From Eledone cirrhosa (Eukaryota), in contig OZ024742.1 in NCBI GenBank assembly GCA_964016885.1, positions 242,978,001 to 243,042,000 on the forward strand: a stretch of 64,000 bases of DNA, read 5' to 3'. Shown here in pieces: positions 56,920 to 64,000 of this stretch. Position 1 is the first letter of the stretch; each line of letters starts with the position of its first letter. A program made the translations under genes and the position numbers. The notes under the pieces are model-generated. The model did no database searches. It was given only the letters and a program-made list of their open reading frames with translations, and was not told the DNA's origin.

Positions 56920-57300
56920 GATGCAGCTTGAGACTAACCCAGGCTCTGCTGCACTTCGGACCGAGGAGGGTAAATTCTCCAAATATCGGTCGCTCTCCGA
57001 CAGGTTTGCGGTCGAGCCCGTAGCAGTGGAGACTTATGGTGTCCTTGGCCTACTTACCTCCATCGACACAGAGTTAGCTACCCGAAGGTGTGAGCCTCGT
57101 GAGCTGGAATGGCTCTTCCAGTGCGTCTCCCCACCATTCTCCGAGGAAACATGTTCTCCATTCTGTTCGCCGGGGCCATGGGGCGGCTAGTGCGTGGCCC
57201 CCAATTTGTTAACAATAGAGAGAGATGGGGAGAGCAGGAGTGACGGGAGCAGTGAGAATGGGAGTTTGGTTCCATGTGTTCGGACCTGGTGAATATGTAT
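56920..57300 (+). mobile_element. 3' fragment of a CRE-like non-LTR retrotransposon
   Basis: EEGKFSKYRSLSDRFAVEPVAVETYG...RELEWLFQ. Homologous to 19420-19830. Confidence 0.75.
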
Positions 57301-58687
57301 ATATCTATTTACCACACCGCATTAACTGTATATTTGGAAGTGTTCTAAATAAACCTTGATTTGTGTTGTTAAAAAAAATATTAACCGCTGGTCGTGGAAC
57401 AAAGTGTCAATATTTACCCTAGAGCCAGATCATATCGTTGAGTATTTAGGAAGTAAAAGGTGGAATACAGGAAACAGTTCCTTTCTTTAGGGAAATGACT
57501 CAATCTTCCCAAATCTGGTCTGAAATGGATAGCCACACGGGGACTTCTTAAGAGATATACATTTGTTCTACGTTGTGCGTAATTTTTAAGAAGGTACTCA
57601 TGCGTTGAAGAGACGATGGTAATAATCTCTATTTATTTGTTTACTTTTTTTCATTGGATAAAATTCCTGCTTACCTGCTGATACCTTTGAGACATGAACG
57701 GAACAGATCAAAACAATTAAGCTAGAATCTTAATAAGATATAGCACTGGAATGTTATTTATTTAATATGATTCCACCGTTTATAAGAAAAGAATTTTGCA
57801 TTTCATTCTTTGGGAAAGAAATTGCTGTTTTCACAAACTCTAAAGGTCTTCCAAACGAAAGAAAGTTAATAACTAAAACATGGTTAGCCGAGCATGAAGA
57901 ATGTAAGCGTAATTGAGAAGTTCATATATGAAATGAATAATGTTGATTTTTATTTGAATATCAAGATTTAGAGAGATGAATATACGTAGTAAGAAGTTTT
58001 ATTTGATATGTATGACACAGGTCACGGAGCTACATTAGAGAGACATCTGGTCGAATGAACTTGGTTACTAACTTGGTTCAAAATAAAGACAATATCCAAG
58101 GATAATTAATTTTAAAAAAGGTTTCGTGCCAGTCGGCGGTACAATATCATATGTAGAGGGCAGAAGAATAGGAAATACTATCTTCATCATAAACAATAGA
58201 ACATATTTTCATTTCCATTTGGTAAATTATTAGTTATTTAAGGCTTACATTTGTTTAAGGGAATAACAAAGGGGAATAACAAAGAAGATCATAGATTATA
58301 GCAAATACATCTGGTATACTTTGGCGATTAACATGAAGCAATAGAGAAGAGTCATGTTTAACATTTTATTATTTACCATCATTTTGATATAGGCATAAAA
58401 TACGTAGGTGAAAAGGAGACTGGCATTTTAATGAAATATAAAGGAAGTACCGCAAAAAATATAAAATTCTTAAGAAGGGAAATTGAGATTTATAGACTGA
58501 AATTCAGTTCGTTTGATTGATTTATGCAGTAAATCTTTGGCAAAAATCCATCGAATTCTTTGCTAGCATCTTGCTCTCTGCAAAGATTTACGTTGTCTGT
58601 GACTAGTTATACATATATGTGACGTAGGAGAAAGAGAAATATTGAGAAAAAGAACAGAACAAGACTAGAGGTTAAATTATATCATAT

Positions 58688-61600
58688 CATCATTATCATC
58701 ATCATCATCATCATCGTTTAACGTCCATCTTCCACGCTAGCATGGGTTTGGACGGGAATTTTTCCCACTTGAGGCAAGATTGGTTGTCATGCTCGTATAG
58801 GACTGTCTGGCGGGTTTTCTACGGCTGGATGCCCTTCCTAACACCAACCACATTTACAGTGTGGACTGGGAGGTTTCTACCGTGTTACCTCCACGCCACA
58901 TTACAGCATGGAGTGTGTTTCTTTTGTCGTGACACCTACACGACCTCATTTATTTAGGACTGGATGTTGTGGTACCAACATAACTTTACATCTAAAGGAG
59001 TGGTGTGGATAGGGTGGGGGGTGGGTATATTTTGGTAAGAAGTGCCTACTGACTGTAGGTTTCGCTTTGCACTTAGACAAGGCGAGTCTTCTGTATTACT
59101 GCGTAGCGCCAAAGATCTCGGTCCAATGACATTGTCTTGGAGAGGTGTAAGTGTGTGAGGTCGGAATTTATCAAGTCGTCCCAGATCTTTCTGGGTCTGC
59201 CTACTCCGTGGCTACCGTCTATTTTGATCGCCCTGCACTTTTTTATACAGCTGTCGTCTTTCATGCGCATCACGTGACCATACCAACGTAGTCTTCTCTC
59301 GAGTAAACAGCATCTGATTCCTCTTATTCCTAATTTCTCACTTAGTTCATTTATGCTTTGCCGTTCACGTATATTACTATTACACATCCAACGGAGCATG
59401 CAAGCTTCGTTCCTCTCCAGTCTGCGTAGATCCTCTGCACACAATGCCCAAGTCTCCCTACCATGTAACATCGCTGTTCGTATGCAGGCATCATACAGCC
59501 AGCCTTTCATTTTTAGAGAGAAACCTTTAGCGGCCAATAGTGGTTAAGCTCTCTGAACTTTTTCCATCCCGTTCTGACTCTAGCTACTGTACTTTCACAG
59601 CACCCTCCACCACTGCTGATTTTGTCACCCAGGTAACGGAAGGTGTCCACTATTTCTATAGAACAATCTGTGCAATGGAATGAGCTAGTATTCTGTGGGT
59701 ACTTGCTGCTACTTATTGCACCTGAGCACGGGCCACATATAAAATCTATATTCTTAGTTAGCTTACCTGTGATCCCACTACATCTTTTATGCACCCATAC
59801 TTTGCATTTGGGACATAAAATGGAGTTTCTGCCTACTCCTTTCCTACACACTGAGCATGGCCATTTCCCAGATGGGGCCAGTGCCCTATTTTCCTTCCTA
59901 CATACTAGAACTTTAGTCTTAGACAGGTTAATTTTAAGGCCTTTTGATTCTAGGCCATGCTTCCATGTTTGGAATTTCTTCTCTAGTTCAGTCATTGATT
60001 CGGCTATAAGCGTTAGATCATCAGCGTATAGGAGTTCCCATGGACAGCCGGTCTTGAACTCCTCTGTTATAGCCTGAAGGGCAATAATAAATTGGAGGGG
60101 GCTAAGGACGGAGCCCTGATGAACACCAACTTTTACGCTAAACTCTTCACTATATTCGTTGTTAATTCTAACCTTGCTGACTGTTTCTTTATACATGGCT
60201 TGTATAGCTCTCACAAGCCATTCATCAACACCTAGTTTTCTGAGAGCCCGCCAGATAATGGGGCGTGGGACTCTGTCAAAGGCTTTCTCCAAGTCAACAA
60301 AAGCTAAGAATGGGGTTTACTTTTAGCTAGGTACTTCTCCTGTAGTTGTACAATGAAAAGAGCGTCTGTGGTACTTTTTCCTGACACAAACCCGGACTGC
60401 ATTTCATCCAGATCAATTCGCTCTCTGATTAGTTGCGCAATTACTTTTTCTGTGACCTTCATGACCTGGTCAATTAATTTCATGCCTCTATAGTTTCCCC
60501 TATCTAGGGCATCTCCTTTACCCTTGTAGCAGTTAATGATGATGCTGCTACGCCAGTCCTTCGGTACGACCCCATTCTGTATGACTTGGTTTACTATTCG
60601 AGTGACCATAGTGTGTCCCACCGTTCCAGATGCTTTCAGCATTTCAGCAACTATTTCCGAAGGCCCAGCCGCATTGCCCGTCTTCATATCTTTGATTGCC
60701 TTACTTATTATACTACCTTCAACTTGCACTGCTGGTCCCTCTATTGGATCGATGTGGGGGAGACTGTCTTTCTCCCATTTATTCTCCTCATTTAGTAGCC
60801 TTTAGTAGTGACACTTCCAAGCTACCTTCTTATCAGCGTCAGTGATGGAAAGTACACTATCATCACTAAGGACACACTTCTCCCCGACAATATCACGGTT
60901 TTCCTTGACACATTGCCTAGCAATCCTGAACACCTCACGTTTTTGGTCCTCGCGTTGTAGAACATGCTTGAACTTTCTTTCCTCTGCTTCCTTTCTTGCG
61001 AAGTACACTTGTCTCCTAGCTTCCCTCCTGGCCACTTGATAATCTTCTCTACTTCTCCCATCCCGCCATACTTTCCAAGCCTGCTTTTTGGCTTTGATTG
61101 ACTCTTCCACCTTACTGTTCCACCACCACGTTACTCTCCTCCTGCTTATAGGTCTGCTCCAGCCACAGATTTCATCTGTCGCCTTCAGCAGGTTAGCTTT
61201 CAGGAATTCCCATTGTTCCTCTATATTGTACGACTCTAATTGCTCTTCCTTACTGTCAAAAGCATCAAGTAATATGCTTTTAAAGGTATTACTATCTGCG
61301 GGGTCCTTTAGATTCCATATTTTTCTCCTGAGGATAGTCCTCCTCTGTTGTCGAGTAAGTCTTGTCCTGACTATGAGATCACTAACTATGAGTCTATGTT
61401 GGGAGGTGCATTCTTCATGGGGGAGGGATTTAGTGTTTACAACAGACACTCTGTCACGTCTTCTGGTAAGGATATAATCTATCTGACTGGCGTGTTCCCC
61501 TGATCTGTAGGTGATCAAGTGATTGTCTCGTTTTTTGAAGTTAGTGTTACAGATAGTTGCGTCACAGAATTCCAGGTTTCTGGAGCCTTCCTCATTTCTA

Positions 61601-62340
61601 GTACCAAACCCATAGCCTCCATGGATTCCGTCATAGCCATTACAATGTTGTCCAACGTGACCATTTAGGTCGCCAGCAATAATTATGTAGTCACTGTCGG
61701 TTATTTTGGAGGTAGTGAGCATTAATGACTCATAGAATCTATCTTTTATAACGCCAGGCAGTCCGGATTGGGGTGCGTACGCAGATATTATTGTCACAGT
61801 AGTTCTATTTAGGACAAGTCTTATTTTAATTATTCTGTCGTTCACTCTATTTACGTCTATTATCTTATCTGCCCATTTTTCTGCTAGCATGATTCCTACT
61901 CCACCCAGCCCATTGTCATTTCCCACCCAGAAAAGCTTATAGCATCGTTTTTTACCCACAATGAATCTAGCAGACCCACCCCTCCATCTGGTCTCTTGGA
62001 TATAGCAAACATCAACCTCCTTACGTTCAATCATTTCTACAACCTCGTTAGAGCGACCTTTTAAGGTGCCTACATTCATGGTACCAACTCTGAAGTTTTG
62101 GATTGCGTTTGGTGGGTGGGAGCGGTGGGGCGCAGGGAGGGGTGAGGGAGATGGGGTTATGTTGGCCATCCACGGACGAAATAAAGAGGAGGAGTCCTTG
62201 CATTCTCGTCCGGCAGCATGAGGTGAATTTGTCTTTATCTTTGGCATTGTCACTGAGTGTCCAGATTTTTCATACTCTCCAGAATTCCGTAGTCCATCCA
62301 TCATATCGAAAGGCAACCAGGTCTAAATTTAAGAAGTGAT
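58688..62340 (-). mobile_element. Near full-length RTE-clade LINE with (TGA)n tail; inactive
   Basis: Single APE-RT polyprotein broken by one stop (60802-60804) and two frameshifts (~60300, ~59540). 3' UTR at 58715-59072 and (CAT)n on the plus strand at 58688-58714. 5' boundary approximate. Confidence 0.93.
59073..62316 (-). pseudogene. LINE ORF: AP endonuclease, reverse transcriptase, PHD-like finger and RTE C-terminus
   Basis: GTMNVGTL, IQETRW, AYAPQ, GDLNGHVG, SQIDYIL, SQHRL; NYRG, DLEKAFDRVP, GVHQGSVLSP, LYADD; CSVC...C..C..WVHKRC...C.PC; FRYLG; RRLRWYGHV.R, GRPRK.W, DR.LWR. Confidence 0.93.
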
Positions 62341-62530
62341 ACCATAGACCGCTGACTTATGATTGGTCCAAGTAATAATGGTGGCGAGTGGGGGTGGGTG
62401 GGAAGTGTATGGGGTAGTGAGAAAACAACACCATGTTCCAGCACTGGGCATATCACAAGATCGAAATAACAGAAGTAAACTTTGTTCCATCATTATGTTT
62501 TTCTGGGGAGTTTGTTCTGTTCAAGTTCTA

Positions 62531-62572
62531 GCTGTCTGATGAGGTCATAGCTGTTGAAATATATATAACAGC
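62531..62572 (+). ncRNA. Minimal type I hammerhead (family G)
   Basis: GCUGU-CUGAUGA-(weak stem II)-GAAAU-AUAU-AUA-ACAGC. The element continues to ~62725 and ends in (TA)n. Confidence 0.7.
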
Positions 62573-62734
62573 CACTATGAATAAACGAAGTTAATCTTAA
62601 CCTGTTGACTTACACTTCTTGTTTTTAAATTACTCCGAAGTAAACAGACCCACCTGCGAACTTCGTCGAGTGCTCTACCCTGCATACTGAAGTATCCGTA
62701 ATTAACCAACACATATTCAAATTTATATATAAGT

Positions 62735-62768
<34 letters not shown>

Positions 62769-62773
62769 ATAAA

Positions 62774-62804
<31 letters not shown>

Positions 62805-62885
62805 ATAAAATATATATATATATTATATATATATATAATATATATATATATATATTATATATATATATAATATATATATATATAT

Positions 62886-63034
<149 letters not shown>

Positions 63035-63052
63035 GATAAATCTATATAAATC

Positions 63053-63158
<106 letters not shown>

Positions 63159-63174
63159 GATAAATCTATATAAA

Positions 63175-63232
<58 letters not shown>

Positions 63233-63246
63233 TAAATCTATATAAA

Positions 63247-63279
<33 letters not shown>

Positions 63280-63422
63280 TGTCGTTTATTTATCAAATAT
63301 TTCTTCACATGAGCCTTTATTTTTATAGCCTGGTCTAATTGATTTTTTATGTGGTTAATTATGCTAATTGGGAGAGGAAAGAGTGTATATATTTTATCAA
63401 ATGATTCTATGGACATAATTTA

Positions 63423-63462
<40 letters not shown>

Positions 63463-63470
<8 letters not shown>

Positions 63471-63911
63471 AAAAATTGAACAGGGACAGAACAGAGAGGC
63501 AGTACGACAAATGTTTATTAGATTCACGCTCAGGAGAGTGGGGGGTAGGTGGAGGACGACGTTTCGGGCTAAGCCCTTCTTCAGGTAAGAGTTCAAAAGG
63601 TGTGTAGGGGAGTGGTGGAGAGACATATAGCGAAAGGAAACGGTGCGAATGAAAAATTAACAAATAAAGACAAAAATATAATAAATAATAAATAAAAATA
63701 GGCAAAGAATCATATACGGAAAAAAAGGGGTACGGTAACAAAATCAAACAGAGGTAATGCGTGGAAGGAAAGACAAAGTGTGGGAAGGTGTGTAAAGTTC
63801 GGAGAAAGGTCACGGCGGATTAGATCGGGGTTGAGCCGGTTGTTAAGTTAAGTTCCAAGGATGGAGGCCGTGTGAGCGTGTGTTTTGTATAATAAAAAAT
63901 TGAACAGGGAC

Positions 63912-63914
<3 letters not shown>
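63463..63914 (-). mobile_element. Retrozyme-like unit: 424 bp period with ~27 bp terminal direct repeat, in (TA)n
   Basis: tataataaaaaattgaacagggacaga occurs at 63464 and 63888. Hammerhead inside. Confidence 0.75.
63555..63587 (-). ncRNA. Minimal type I hammerhead (family I)
   Basis: Minus strand: UAC-CUGAAGA-A-GGGC(UUA)GCCC-GAAAC-GUC-GUC. Palindromic ACGU stem III; stem I is only 2 bp. Confidence 0.7.
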
Positions 63915-63967
<53 letters not shown>

Positions 63968-64000
63968 ATATATATACATATTATTACAAAACATAATCTT

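Overview
Gene-poor, AT-rich, microsatellite-saturated animal genomic DNA (intronic or intergenic). The SINE/LINE repertoire and long (TA)n, (CA)n and (CATA)n tracts resemble cephalopod/octopus DNA, which is an inference. No intact host protein-coding gene could be supported. Contents: a 5.9 kb GGT-rich minisatellite with a 69-72 bp unit and a 354 bp higher-order repeat; a near full-length degraded RTE-type LINE (APE + RT + PHD-like finger); fragments of R4/Dong-like, CRE-like, HERO/NeSL-like and other RTE LINEs; many tRNA-derived SINEs; two non-autonomous Helitrons; hAT and Tc1/mariner MITEs. The most striking feature is about 11 recognisable minimal type-I hammerhead ribozymes (HHRs), plus several half or degenerate ones, from at least 7 sequence families. 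Almost all lie in or next to (TA)n tracts. One is attached to a Penelope-like GIY-YIG endonuclease remnant. Three sit in non-coding partial tandem units of about 414-533 nt, like retrozymes. Many nearby palindromes fold back exactly at the hammerhead stem II/GAAA junction. All RNA structures were read by eye and not computed.
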